This document shows, piece after piece, positions 51,421 to 63,514 of a stretch of DNA of 64,000 bases. The stretch is from assembly GCA_964187785.1 (NCBI GenBank), contig OZ076409.1:62436001-62500000 (forward strand), read 5' to 3'. Numbering within the stretch: the stretch's first letter is position 1; the number at the start of each line of letters is the position of its first letter. The position numbers were made by a program, and so were the translations under genes. This DNA comes from Amphiscolops sp. MND2022. Lineage: Eukaryota. The notes under the pieces were generated by a model, which searched no databases, was not told the DNA's origin, and saw only the letters and a list, made by a program, of their open reading frames with translations.

Positions 51421-51699
51421 CTTGGGGTTCAATTCCGATTTAACCATTGATTATGAAGATGACTCAAAAAAACACGATTCGAACATTTTGCGTCCTAATG
51501 GGTGAGAATTACTAATGGGTCTTTGAGTCCAACAAGACCTTCAAGGCTCACCATTAATTCGAAACGCTATAGAGGTAACAACAGCCTCTTTGGGTCCGAA
51601 GCTCTAAAAGCTCATGTTTAGTTGTCTTCTCTTTTTCGCTTAGCCACTCTGCGTTGCTCGTGAGTTCTTCGCTTGGTGTCTCTTGTTTTCAAGATTTCC

Positions 51700-52400
51700 T
51701 CAAATCCGGGTAATAATGTAGGACTACACCTAGGGATCTGAGTTCGAGATCACTGTATTGATGCAAGGCTTTGTATTTCTCGACGGATACAACACTGCGC
51801 TGCTCTGACTTGCTTGATGATTGGGCAGTCCAATGTTCTCAAGTTTTCAAAGAGATTTGGTGACCCTGTACGTTGACAAAAAACTATGCCGCATAAGTTT
51901 GTGACATTCCGGAATGAAGTCACCAGCTGACTTACAATTTTTTGGTTGTTGTTACTTTTGTGGGGTGTGTTAGTAATGTTAATCAGATCGTGCCACAGGA
52001 TTATTCTGATTTTTTCAATTCTTCAGACTTTAGATAGTTGTAACCGTCTTTTGAGTTGTTCACGGACTATGGGTTCAGGCTAAAACTGGGACTGGCAATT
52101 GACGAGCTGTCGTAGTTGTTCACGCAAATTGATTTGGAGATCATCAACTGAGTTGAACAAAGAACTGACAGCAAAAATTTTAAGCATGCTAACCATAAAC
52201 TGTATACTGATTTGGACACCAATCGTCGTATTTCCTGCAGATCAAAACACTGTTCTATCAAAACTAGTATTCACTAGACGACATACCGAAGTGACCTCGA
52301 CATTCAAAAAAACTTATCAATTACAGCAAAATATAATAAAGACATCAGTATACAAATCAAGGCTTTCACTCAATTTTGTTCGAGTCTCTTCAGCAGAAAA
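51700..52400 (-). pseudogene. Possible Penelope-like RT remnant
   Basis: Manual translation gives FLNVEVT...NTSFDR (compare FLDV...TSVYRK) and a later Q-x-x-PEPIV (compare NxYP). Many stops. Confidence 0.35.
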
Positions 52401-53284
52401 TCATAGTTTTCTTTCTGCTAGTGGTCGGGTGGTCCGCCATTCTACAACCGAGGGCGAGTCTACTTCACATGCTCCAAGCAAATCATTCTCGCATCCAACA
52501 GAAGGAAATTTGCGCGAACATTAACTATTGCTTGGGTTAGAATAAACTTGGCTTATTTTTATGGTCGTTTATCTTTTAAATTTTAAACCAAAAAACTTGA
52601 CAAGAAGTTACACCAAATGGTTAATTGACAAGAAGTTACACCAAAACCAAGTGACTTGTGACTTCGGACATCACGATTGTCCATTCACTTGCATCTAGTC
52701 GCAGCAATCAAGGCTCTTTAAGCAACTACGGACCATCGCCACCGATGCTGCGTAATAGAAAGTCACTTGGCTATCTTGAAGAAAAACGATTGGCCTGAGA
52801 TTTTTGTCATTTCGCCTTGGGTTTTGGGATACGCTCTAATGCCTAAGATCTAAGACACCTGAAGGGTATACGAACCAGCAGAAAAAAATCTAAGAATATT
52901 CGAGGCCGCCTAAGATCTAATGGAAGAAGATCTAACGGAGTAAGATCTAAATTATTGATTCTTAAAAATTGAAAAAAATCAGGGCTGATATTTCCGTAAG
53001 AACTAGACCATTAACAACCAAGAAAACTTGAATGGTTTAAAAGCCAGACCCTTACTACAAGCAAAAAACTCAAATGGTGTCATAATAAGACCAAGACTAC
53101 AATCAAAAACACAAATGGTGTCCTTGCCAACAAATTACTCGCCACAGAATTTACAAAAACGATTGTTAGAACAATCCTCACACAGCATATGACCACTAAG
53201 TCGAACAATGTTGGCAATACGATGTTCCTCGCATCCCGAGCACATGTCAAAGGCTTCTTCTAGGTCTTATTAGCAATCCAATAC

Positions 53285-54201
53285 GGTGGGGTGTTTTTGG
53301 ATCGAATTTTTGTGTGAGCGAAAAACGAGATCGAAATGGGATCGAAAGTTTTGAGATCGAATTATTCATTTCTTGCTAGGTTTTTGTTGGCGTGCGGCAA
53401 TAGCGTCGAACTTTGACACGTCGAGTTTCTAACGCCGAATCATTAGAGTCGAATAACAACGTCGAATCTAGTCGAACAACCAATGTCGAATTATTGTCGA
53501 AATTATGTCGAGTTTCAGTCAAATAAAAGATGTAGGTTCGAAAAATCAATTAGTGGACTTTCCCCACCTAATATGGGTCATATACGGTGTATGCACGGGT
53601 TAGGGAGAATTTGCCGAAAAACAATTTGCCGAAACCCAATTTGCCGAACGTGAAAGACAATTTGCCGAAAATTATTATTCCCTGAGTCAATTTTCGGCAA
53701 ATTGTTATTCGGCAAATTGTCCCGTATCCTCCATGCACGCTCACCTTCACCGTCACAAAGACCAGCCTCGAAACAGGTCGAAAAAAACAAGTCGAAAAAA
53801 TTCTGATCGAAAAAGGTCGAAAAATCCTGCGATGCGTTTAAAAGCGTTCAAATTATTTTAGGTACTTTTGTCCACCCAATATGGGGTCATAAACGGTGCA
53901 TGCACGCTTGCCCTTACCGTCGCAAAGACCAGCTCCCACTACGATCGCTTCGCGATCTCCGTTGACGCAAGGTCTTTGCTCCTGTTGGACCTCGCTTAGC
54001 GAGATGGGAACATAAGCGGCCCCAAGTGGCCGTGGGGCACTAGAGGAAATGGGGGTATTTCCGAAAGCCAGAACATTGTTAATTCAAAACGCTAGGTATT
54101 TGAAAACCTTGATTCATCGCTTTTTCTTCGACGATTTTACTTCGATCTCAGTGACAGATTGCATATCCGCGCAAATTGATTCGATCCAAACGTCCACCGC
54201 C
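53285..54201. mobile_element. Composite MITE, MULE-type, 9-bp TSD, with nested MITEs
   Basis: TIR ggtggggtgtttttggatcg / cgatccaaacgtccaccgcc. TSD atccaatac at 53276-53284 and 54202-54210. Confidence 0.8.
53598..53729. mobile_element. 132-bp MITE nested in the shared core
   Basis: TIR ggttagggagaatttgccgaa / ttcggcaaattgtcccgtatcc; internal aatttgccgaa repeats; flanks tgtatgcacg / tccatgcacg. Confidence 0.75.
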
Positions 54202-54210
54202 ATCCAATAC

Positions 54211-55300
54211 GCCGTTTACACGGTCTTTCTTGCACCAAGAGTGCTGGTCGCTTCTCACGTTATGCTACTCTCAATTCTCTCATAAAGCAGACGTTGGGAT
54301 CTCTCGACTTGCCTTCATTGCTCGAACCGCGTAGACTGTACCGAACTGATGACAAACGCCCAGACTGTGCTACCATGATTACTTGGGAAATGGGTAAACA
54401 ATTGGTGTGGAATGTCACAGTTGTGGACGCTCTTGCACCCAGTAGCCTGGATCAAGTCTCCTTGTGCTACCCGGGAACGGGTGGCTGTTAATATGTCGAT
54501 ATTTTCTGGTCGAAAGGACAGAGGGTTAACCTTTTGATCGAATTGCAGGGATCGAATGGAATGCGGTCGAATTTGATCGAAACGTCTTTGTCGCCGAAAC
54601 GTCCTTTAAAAAACTAAAAACGTTCGTTCTGGAAGCGAAAATATTATTATGTAGGGCATATGCTGTGCATGCACGCTCGCCCTCACCGTATCAAAGACAA
54701 GCGCCAACTACGATCGCTTCGCTATCTCCGTTTTCGCTAGGTCTTTGCTCTTGTTCGACCACGGTTAGCAAGATTGGAACATAAGTGGCCCCAAGGGCCC
54801 GCGGGGCACTAGAGGAAATGGGGACATATCCGGGACACGTTTTATACTTTTCTAGAAAAATCTATCTGCGGCAATTCGATTTGTTTCCCAAAAATCAAAA
54901 TTTCGATCCGAGTTGTTTCGATCCCATTCAAAAAGTTGGTATGTCGACCCGAGGACTTACTCTGATTTTCGATCGCGTTCCGTCGACCTATTTCCGCCCA
55001 CCCCCGGGAACCACCGCCACCGAGGCTGGAGCGCGTAAAATTGATAAGTATCGCGAATTGATAGACAATGGATAAAGTTTTCACACAGTGGCCATGTACA
55101 GGGTTCTTTAGGTGAGAGCAGTGAAATTTTCATCACGCGTCTCTGTAAAATGCTCTGTCGTTCGCACAACGATCAACGAGCTGACAGCTTTTTGAAGCAA
55201 AGGATGATTTCAATGGCTCTTCAGATTGGCAATGCGGCCTGTGCTCTAGGAACTGTGAGCGAGAGATGCGTTCGAAGAAATTTAATACATTTAGTTTATT
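54211..55300 (+). pseudogene. 3' fragment of a restriction-like-endonuclease (CRE-like) non-LTR retrotransposon, split by a MITE
   Basis: HGLSCTKSAGRFSR..LN (finger end), KRPD..MITWEMGKQLVWNVTVVD, then after the insert TEAGARKIDKY...GSLG...FLKQR.SMALQIGNA. Confidence 0.8.
54479..55003. mobile_element. 525-bp MITE with GGG...CCC ends and an 8-bp TSD (Merlin- or MULE-like)
   Basis: TIR gggtggctgttaatatgtcga / tcgacctatttccgcccaccc. TSD ccgggaac at 54471-54478 and 55004-55011. Confidence 0.85.
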
Positions 55301-55446
55301 TTTTTCAAACTGTATATAATTGCAGCTTTTTGAGAATTTGTTTCTACCGGTCTACTGGGATGGTGGCTGATATGAGCAGGTTGTTAGTTTTTTGTTGTTA
55401 CTGGTCGACTGGGATAGTGGCTGGTATGGGGTGCCCTACTTCCGTT

Positions 55447-55818
55447 GGGATGCCTCAAAACAGGTCGAAAAAAACAGGTTGAAAAAAATCTGATCGAAAA
55501 AGGTCGAAAAATCCTGCGAAGCGTTTAAAAGTGTTTAAAGTATTTTAGGTACTTTTGTCCACCCAATATGGGGTCATATACGGTGTGTGCATGCTCGTCC
55601 TCACCGTCGCAAAGACCAGCTCCCACTACGATCGCTTCGGGGCACTAGAGGAAATGGGGGCATATCCGACAGCCAAAAATATTTTTTGAAAACGCTAGGT
55701 GTTTGAAAACATTGATTCGATCTCATTTTCGTTGACAAATTTACTTCGAAGATTCCTTCGACCGCAGTTTTGTCGATCGTTTTCGACCTGTTTTTTTTCA
55801 ACCTGTTTCAGGTCACCC
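55447..55818. mobile_element. 372-bp MITE with an 8-bp TSD
   Basis: TIR gggatgcctcaaaacaggtcgaaaaaaacagg / cctgttttttttcaacctgtttcaggtcaccc. Flanks cttccgtt / ctttcgtt. Confidence 0.8.
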
Positions 55819-55834
55819 CTTTCGTTACAGTCAA

Positions 55835-56296
55835 GGGTGGGTAATTCCCACACAGCAAAAGTCTCATACAGCAGAAAAGGAAAATTCGGTCCCATTCGGC
55901 AGAATATTTCTTTATGCTGCCATCTGATTGGCTGAATTTTCAAATCGAATTGATATCACTATGATGAGAACGCGTGACAGATTTTGTCAGAATTATTAAT
56001 ATAATGTAGTCAGATATATTTACATACCCCTAGCGCACTAAATGCGGGAGCGAAGCGAAGCGGAGCGACGTGCCATATGCCCATGCCTCAATGTTGTTAC
56101 TTGGCGGAGGGAGAAGGGAGCGAAGCGACCGAGCCATGCAACAAATATGCAAACCTTTTCAAATAAATCAAGTTACAACATACTGGCTGTAACAACCCTA
56201 AAAGCTAGTAATTTGAATTCTGCTGTATGGGACCGAATATTCTTTTCCTGCTGTATGACACTTCTGCTGTGTGAGAAATCCCCGAATAGGCCACCC
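55835..56296. mobile_element. MITE with GGGTGG...CCACCC ends
   Basis: About 70-bp inverted arms (cacacagcaaaagtctcatacagcag / ctgctgtatgacacttctgctgtgtg). No TSD recognised. Confidence 0.65.
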
Positions 56297-56565
56297 AAAG
56301 GTGTGTGTCTTCTTCCCCCAATATGATGATACACATGGCACTTGATTGATGACGAAGACCATGATATTTGATATTGGAAAAAATCCTATGCGCCATCCTC
56401 AGGGATTGGAATTATGGTAAGGCCATATAAATGGTACCTGAAAAAGACTCCCATAAATATCTCCAAATTTTTGAAGGAGGCCATAAATAATGGCCATAAT
56501 GGCCATATATACGGTGTCAAAAACAAGAGACAAATGATGAATTGAATCAAACATTTCCGAAAACT

Positions 56566-57000
56566 TCAATCACTGTTCACGACAAGCAAGAGAGTTTCCA
56601 CGTTCCAGTAGTTTTTAATCACAGCCAGGTAAAGATTCTCCTCAAAATTCACTGGAAGGATCCTGTTTCGCAGGGGTGATCGGATGTTTTTAGCCTTACT
56701 GAACAGACATTCGACAATATTGGAAGTTGGAGGAACCCAATGCAGCTTCATCATCGTTTTTAAAGCAGGGACCGGTTCTCGAGAGAGGAGTACGGACTCC
56801 GCGAACGACTTGTGGCCCGTTTCAACGTCAGCATTAGAATGACTGGCTTCCTGTTGGGTTCTGAAGCGCTCCAGGTGAACTTTCTCTGCCAGTTTCAGAT
56901 CTTCATAAAAGACAGAAAAGATTTAACAATAGCAGCTTCAAACTGAGGATTATCCACGGTTTCGGCTCGTTCACTCAGATACCTGCACATGGAATAAAAC
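56566..57000 (-). pseudogene. hAT transposase C-terminal (dimerisation) remnant
   Basis: WVPPTSNIVECLFSKAK...LRNRILPVNFE (compare PTSxxVERxFS). Confidence 0.8.
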
Positions 57001-57010
57001 TTCGAACCAA

Positions 57011-58078
57011 TAAAATTGAACGGGAAGCTATGGCTATCTTGGAAGGCTTCCGCCGTTTCTCAGACCTGTTATGGACGTCACCGGTTCCAGTTCGCACTGA
57101 TCAAAAGGCCCTCTCTTTCATATTTGGGCCCAACTCTTCCAGAGTAAAGAATGACGAACTGATTCGCTGGCGCCTGGAACTTTCGGAATACAACTTCGAG
57201 ATAAGCTACCAGAGAGGTTGTCAGAACGTGTCAGCTGACGCCCTGTCTCAATTAGCGTCCCTACAGCCCAGCTGTAAAACCCTACACGAGACACTTGCGA
57301 ATCCAGGAGTGACCCGACTGTACGAATACATTCAAAGACACAAAGTCCCAATATCTTTAGATGAGGCGAAAAGAGTTACCGAGAACTGCAAAACGTGCGC
57401 TTTATGGAAACCGCGCTTTTTGCGACCCCACGGCAGCAATCTTATTCGATCCTCCAAACCTTGGAAGCGACTATCAATCGACCTTGTTGTCCTCAAACCA
57501 ATGACTAGAAACAAAACCCAATACTTTCTCACAGTGGTGGATGAGTTTAGTATGTTTCCCTTCGCCTTCCCTCTCCAGAACATCACGTCTAGTAGCGTCA
57601 TCAAGTGTCTTTCAACACTTTTCCTCCAGTCCCTCCAGTAGCGCACCTTGGCTCAGAGCAGACGCTCCCGTGTACCTCCGGAAATTTGTAAGGGCGAAAG
57701 ACCAAGCTCCAGTTCTGCCTGTACAGATATCCGAAGTCATCTCCCCTCACCTTGCACGAGTCTCCTTTGGCGATGGGCGAGCTGCAACTGTTTCTACAAG
57801 TGACCTCTCTCGACGACCGCCGGATATTGACAATGAAGGAACGACCTCACAACCTGTAGGTCAATACAAAGACAAGGAGACCGATGTAGACATCAGAACA
57901 TCGGGTCCTGACATCAGAACCGAAGGTGAACCACCTAAATCTGTGGAACCAATAAAGAAGTCTCAATTCAGCCCGGAGTCTCCCGCTCCCACCTTGCGAC
58001 GCACTGCTAGGAACAGGAAACCACCTACATACCTAGGCGACTTTGTGTCGGCTATGAACTAGAGACTTTCGAAGCGGG
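57011..58078 (+). pseudogene. Gypsy RNase H-integrase fragment
   Basis: EREAMAI, TDQKAL, RWRLELSEY, NVSADALS, LH-x4-NPG...CKTC, VVDEFS, LRRTARNRKPP. Purine-rich end just before the gap. Confidence 0.85.
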
Positions 58079-58079
58079 A

Positions 58080-58279
58080 NNNNNNNNNNNNNNNNNNNNN
58101 NNNNNNNNNNNNNNNNNNNNNNNNNNNNNNNNNNNNNNNNNNNNNNNNNNNNNNNNNNNNNNNNNNNNNNNNNNNNNNNNNNNNNNNNNNNNNNNNNNNN
58201 NNNNNNNNNNNNNNNNNNNNNNNNNNNNNNNNNNNNNNNNNNNNNNNNNNNNNNNNNNNNNNNNNNNNNNNNNNNNNNN
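58080..58279. other. Assembly gap (200 N)
   Basis: Run of N. Confidence 1.
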
Positions 58280-59316
58280 ATATAGAAAGAACCCAAGAAT
58301 TAATTGATAAAAATAATATAAAGAACGGACAAGAACTAACTATGTTATACTTGAAAATGGATGTTCTTCAATTAGCTGATGTATTCGAAAACTTTGTGGA
58401 AAGTTCTACACGAGAATATAAAAATAATCCTTTGTATAGTTACTCTCTACCTGGTTATACATGGAAAGCTGGTTTGAAGTTGACTAATATAAAGTTAGAC
58501 TTTAGAATAATTACTAAAGATAAAGAATTATTACTACTACTTGAAAATAATAACCGTGGAGGAATTTCAAAAGTTATGGGTGAATCGTCACGTGCAATCT
58601 GATGAAAATAAACAAATCTTATATATTGATGCAAATAATCTATATGGATGGGCAAGGAGTCAATACCTTCTTACAAGTGAATTCGAAAAACTACAACTAC
58701 CAGAACTAGATAATCAACTAGAACAAATAGGAGAAGATTTGACTCATTGCCCAGACAATAATGAATTTGGCTACTTTATAGAATGTGATTTAGAATATCC
58801 TGTTGAAATTAAAGGAAAAACAAAAAAACTTTCCTTTTTGTCCGTATCAAACAAAAGCAGATCCAGACTTATTCTCAGGTTATATGAATAATGTAAATCA
58901 ACCTAATTACAAACCAACCCCCAAAACTTATGTGTGATGTAACCAATAAATCGAAATATATGATACATTATAGAATGTTCAAATTTTACATCAACATGGG
59001 TATGAAAGTAACAAAGATACATACGATTTATAGATTCAAACAATCACTTTGGTTAGAAAAATACAATAATCATAATACCCAAAAACTCACCAAAGCAAAA
59101 ACAAACTTCGAAAAGGATCTTTATAAATTAATGAATAATGCTTTCTTTGTTAAGACTATGGAAAATGTAAGAGACCGTGGTAATCTAGAATTCATTGATC
59201 AAACTCAAATACAACAAATAATAAAAAGACAATCCAAGTTAAGTTTCAAAGGAATCATGGATCATTATTCTAAGTTTAGTGAGTACAAGTTTGATAAAGA
59301 AAAAACAATATTCATC
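58280..59316 (+). pseudogene. Polinton/Maverick-type family-B (protein-primed) DNA polymerase fragment
   Basis: LYLKMDVLQLADVFENF, SLPGYTW, RGGIS, YIDANNLYGWA.SQYL, ECDLEYP, YKLMNNAFF.KTMENVR. Frameshifted. Confidence 0.85.
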
Positions 59317-60099
59317 TAGTGCCCCGCGGCCCCTTGGGGCCACTTATGTTCCCATCTTGCTAAGCGAGGTCGAACAGGAGCAAAGACCTAGCGGGAACGG
59401 AGATCGCGAAGCGATCGTAGTGGGAGCTGGTCTTTGTGACGGTGAGGGCGAGCGTGCATACATCAGATTTGCCCCACATTAGAAAGGAAAAGTACCGGAA
59501 ATTTTCTGAGAACTTTACGAAAGGTAATGTTTTATTCTTGACACACCGGATATGCCTGATATGAGAATTCGAACTTGGTTCACATAATCCACTAGTTCAC
59601 ATTCGAACTTAGTAAATCGAACTTATTGCCCGAAGCCCATTGAGAGGGGTAAGGAAAAAGTCTACAACAGATTTGCTTTGCAGATCCATGACCCTATCTG
59701 AAAGAAACTTACGAGATGAATTTCCCGAGAAAAGAAAAATATGGTGCCATTATGGCAGAGCTACCATACATAATGGCCATTTTTCTCAGTGCAGTCATAA
59801 ATAATTTCCATATATTTATGGCCATATATGGTAATGGCCATTATGGAGTTCCAATCCCTTGCCATCCTGGGCATCATCTTCCCCTTCCATTTCTTCCGGC
59901 TGAATATTCTTTTTCTGAGAGAGAGAGAAAAAACACTGTATTATTGTATAGGGTGAGCTGGTGTCAGTATACAATCGGTGTAGAATGATATATGCTGAAG
60001 CATAAAGGATTTTTTCAAGTTTTACAGGGCGATAAATCAGGTGAAGCGGCAATCACGTCAAGAATGAGATGTATGGATAGGCATACGACTACTTTCCAA

Positions 60100-63000
60100 A
60101 GTTAGATGCTTTCTGAGACGACTTTTGAATGTGTGTAGACTTAAACTAGTGTCTCTCAAGTACAACGGTAGTGAGTTCCACTTCGAAGAAGAATGATGAA
60201 AGAAAGAACCGAAGAGAGATACATGACTTCCCACGTATATTATCCGATTAGTGCGACTGTTCCACCTAGAAATCGCCGTAGGTAATTTTAAAGTGCTCTG
60301 GAAGGCTTTTTAGTTTTTTTGAGATATTGGAACAGAAATACTAGAGATTTCAACTCGATAAGTTGCTTTATTCCAATTTTTTTCTTTTTTTTTCTCTCAG
60401 ATCACTCGACGATTTAAAGCTCGAGCGGAAGTAGACAGATTTTAATTCCCAGTTCATCTGTTTCTCAAGGGAAAGTAGTAAAGGAAGGGATATTTGAGTC
60501 AAAAAAATTGCAGAGTATTCGAAATGACTGATTATTAGCGCGTGGAAAAGCATGACTAAGACTGTGGTCGGAAATTTGTGTTGTATAGATTCAATAGTTT
60601 TTATTCCAACTGCCATGTTTTTCAGAACTTTTTTTACTTGGGTTTGAAAAGTCAAGTGTTGATCTAACGTTATTCCAAGATTTTTACATTCACATTTCTT
60701 TTTGACAACTGAGGAGCACACGACAACTGTTTCGGAGTCTAGCTGTCTCTAGTCCTTTTTTCGAGAAAAAGTTATGAATTCTGTTTTACTGCCATTCAAA
60801 TTCAGTCGATGGGACTTAAAGTAACCTTCAAGTTTCAAAATATTTGTTTGCAAATATTGCAAATCAATGTCAGGGACCTGGTGACTACAAAAAAGCAAGC
60901 AATCATCGGCGTACTGGATAATGCGAGCATCCTCCGTTATCTGTCCAGTCAGGCCCTTGACATATAGGTTGAAGAGCAGTGGTCCTAAAATAGTGCCCTG
61001 GGGAACGCCTTGTTTCAGTTCTATCCAATCCGATTTGACACCGTTCAATGAAACCTGCTGCAGTCTATCACTGAGGAAACTTTTTATAAAGTTGATGGCC
61101 GAAGATGAGAAACCAAGAGACTTGAGTTTAGACAAAAGTATTTCATGTGAAAGTGAGTCAAAAGCTTTTGATAAATCCAGCAAGACTGCATGAACTATTT
61201 TTCCATCCTGAATTTCCTGTTGAATCGATTCGATGAAAAACAAAACAGCATCTTCTACTGATATTTTTTTCCCAAAACCAAATTGGAGTGGAGCGAGGAG
61301 ATTTTTTTCTTCAATGTAAGCTGTAATTTGCCTATGAATACATTTTTCGAGGATTTTGGAAAACGTTGTTGTAAGCGAAATGGCACGATAATTTTTGGCA
61401 TCTAGAATGTCATCTTTTCTGAAGATGGGGGTTATAGTTGCTCTCTTTAACATCGTAGGAAAGGCATTTTCATTAGGGCACTCATTCAATATGAATGTTA
61501 GGTGAGAAATCAAAATTTGCTTTCCATCAGTTATAGCCCAAGCGGGCACCTTACAAGGACCGGTAGGTTTGTTTGGTTTCAACTCATTGATGATATCGTA
61601 ACAATCTATCACTGTGATTGGACTAAAAGAGAACGAAGAATCACCGGGAAGGATGGATGGAACTTCATCATTGATATTACCAAAATATTGACCAAGGTTC
61701 GAAAATATCAGGTTGAAATGATCGGCCATTTCCTTGTCATCAACTATCCTTTTACCGAATGAATTTCTCACTGCTGCAAGATCGACCGACTTTTTATTTT
61801 GCCCTCAGGCGGAATTTATGAAATTCCATCTCTCCTTAGCGGTGCACAGAGAGGAAAAACAGCTCCAGGCAAATTTCTCTTGCTTTTCTTTTAGTACCTT
61901 AGAAAGTTGATTTCTAGGTTTTGAGTACGTAGACCAGGTTTGAGCAGAGGTATTATTACAGTATTCGTAGTAAGCTGCTTGGCGTGCCTGGGTTAAGGTT
62001 TTGCACTCGCTGTCATACCAGGATTCTTTGAAAAGTTTAGGGGTCCTTTTTCGGAGAAATATTTTTTTGACAGGTGCATGCTTTTCCACAACACTAGCTA
62101 TTATATTAGACAAACAGATTGGACATATCAGTAGCATTCGAACAATTATAGATTCTAAACCATGGGATATTTGATAGTGACTGACAGAAAGCGGCTTTTT
62201 GGTAAGTACTCAAATCGAACTTTTGCAAGATTTTGCACTTCTGTTTTTCAGCGAAAACGTTTGTGAAAACTACTGATCCAAAATGATCTGTTTTAAAAGG
62301 ACTATTAAACACAAAGCATTTACCGTCTAAGATGTTTTCAGCTATTATATAGTCAATGTGTGTATTTGTAGCTTTACAGACACGCGTAGGTAAATTTGGG
62401 CTAGCTACGGAGAACCCATATGGTAATATGACAGTTTCTAGGTTTTCCCGTTCAAGTGGTGTGAGGTAGTCTTAATTGTAATCGCCCATCATTGTGATGT
62501 TTGCAGTTTCGCACGTGGAGTTGTCTATATTTATTTCTAATTGTTCAAGAAAATCATTTTGAAATTGTTTCATAGGATTATAAGTTACGTTAATCAACAT
62601 GGTTTTATGCAATTTTTGAGAAATCATTCCTACATTCTACCCACATGGTGTCAAACTTAGTTTTATCAAAAAGGTTGAGATCTTTTCGTTCCCTCGGAGC
62701 AAGTTTCAAAGGTACAAAGAGCATTACACCACGACCCTTTTTTTCGAATTTGCAGAACTTCGGTCACATCTGAAAAGCTCGTGGGTGTTTGAAGCTACAT
62801 TCCAAAAGACCATGTCGTCACTAGGAGTTAACCAACTTTCTGAGATACCCACAATTGCGTTCGGTCCCATGTCGTTCACAAAAGATTTCAACTGAGTATG
62901 TTGTTTAGATACATCTTGAAAGTTCATGTGGACTATGCGTAAATTTTGTTTATTTTTGTCGGACAACTTGGAAAAATTATCATAGCTAATTTCAGGACCT

Positions 63001-63514
63001 GGATTTTGCTCAATATTTCCACATAATTTCAAAAGAGCTCTAGCGAATGTTAGAAAATTGAATGAACAATATGCATCAGATATCCCAAGGTTTCATATAA
63101 ATTTTTTTACACTTTTACATGCACTGGCAAGTAGCTCTTTATCCCATTTTTGCAGTTTATATAGGTTTTTAAATAGAGTTTTTCTTTATCTTGCATAAAC
63201 ACAATTATTTTTCCATTAACAGAATGCACTCTAGCAACATCATCCCGTTTTCTCAATTCACGAGTTACTTTAGCTCTGATTGGGGTAAGATCATCATTCA
63301 CAAAAATGTTGGTATTTTTGAGATTGCGCTTGTTTTTCATTAGCTGATGTTTCGTGTCACGTCTCACAAATTTGGCTATCAGAGGTTTGGGGCCAGACCC
63401 TCCGCCAGGTGAACGGTGGCAGGTACTTACGTCATTGGCAGTAATTTGGACACCGGCCTTTTCAGCAACACTAACCACCTTCGCATAGACGTCCTCGCCC
63501 GGCTCTTCTTGCGT
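60100..63514 (-). mobile_element. CR1/L2-group LINE (ORF1, APE endonuclease, RT); decayed, 5' end interrupted by a MITE
   Basis: ORF1 STCHR...PKPLIAKFVRR...IFVNDDLT (63107-63514). APE GISESWL, FRCDR, MGDYN, TDH. RT 60749-61771 with NYRAISL, QFGF, DLSKAFD, GVPQGTILGPLLF and YADD. Confidence 0.92.
62994..63060 (-). other. 2A-like ribosome-skipping peptide remnant at the start of LINE ORF2
   Basis: NFLTFARALLKLCGNIEQNPGP versus the 2A consensus GD(V/I)ExNPGP. Confidence 0.75.

Larger units (their letters stand above)
56400..59860 (-). mobile_element. hAT DNA transposon, internally disrupted, spanning the assembly gap
   Basis: TIR cagggattggaa / ttccaatccctt. Perfect 8-bp TSD gccatcct (56392-56399, 59861-59868). 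atggccat subterminal repeats at both ends. Confidence 0.88.

Noticed and set aside
54020..54045. Canonical Helitron 3' end (hairpin plus CTAG) in the shared core
   Set aside because: Most copies stay homologous about 20 bp beyond CTAG and sit inside TIR elements; only the 59316 copy ends there.
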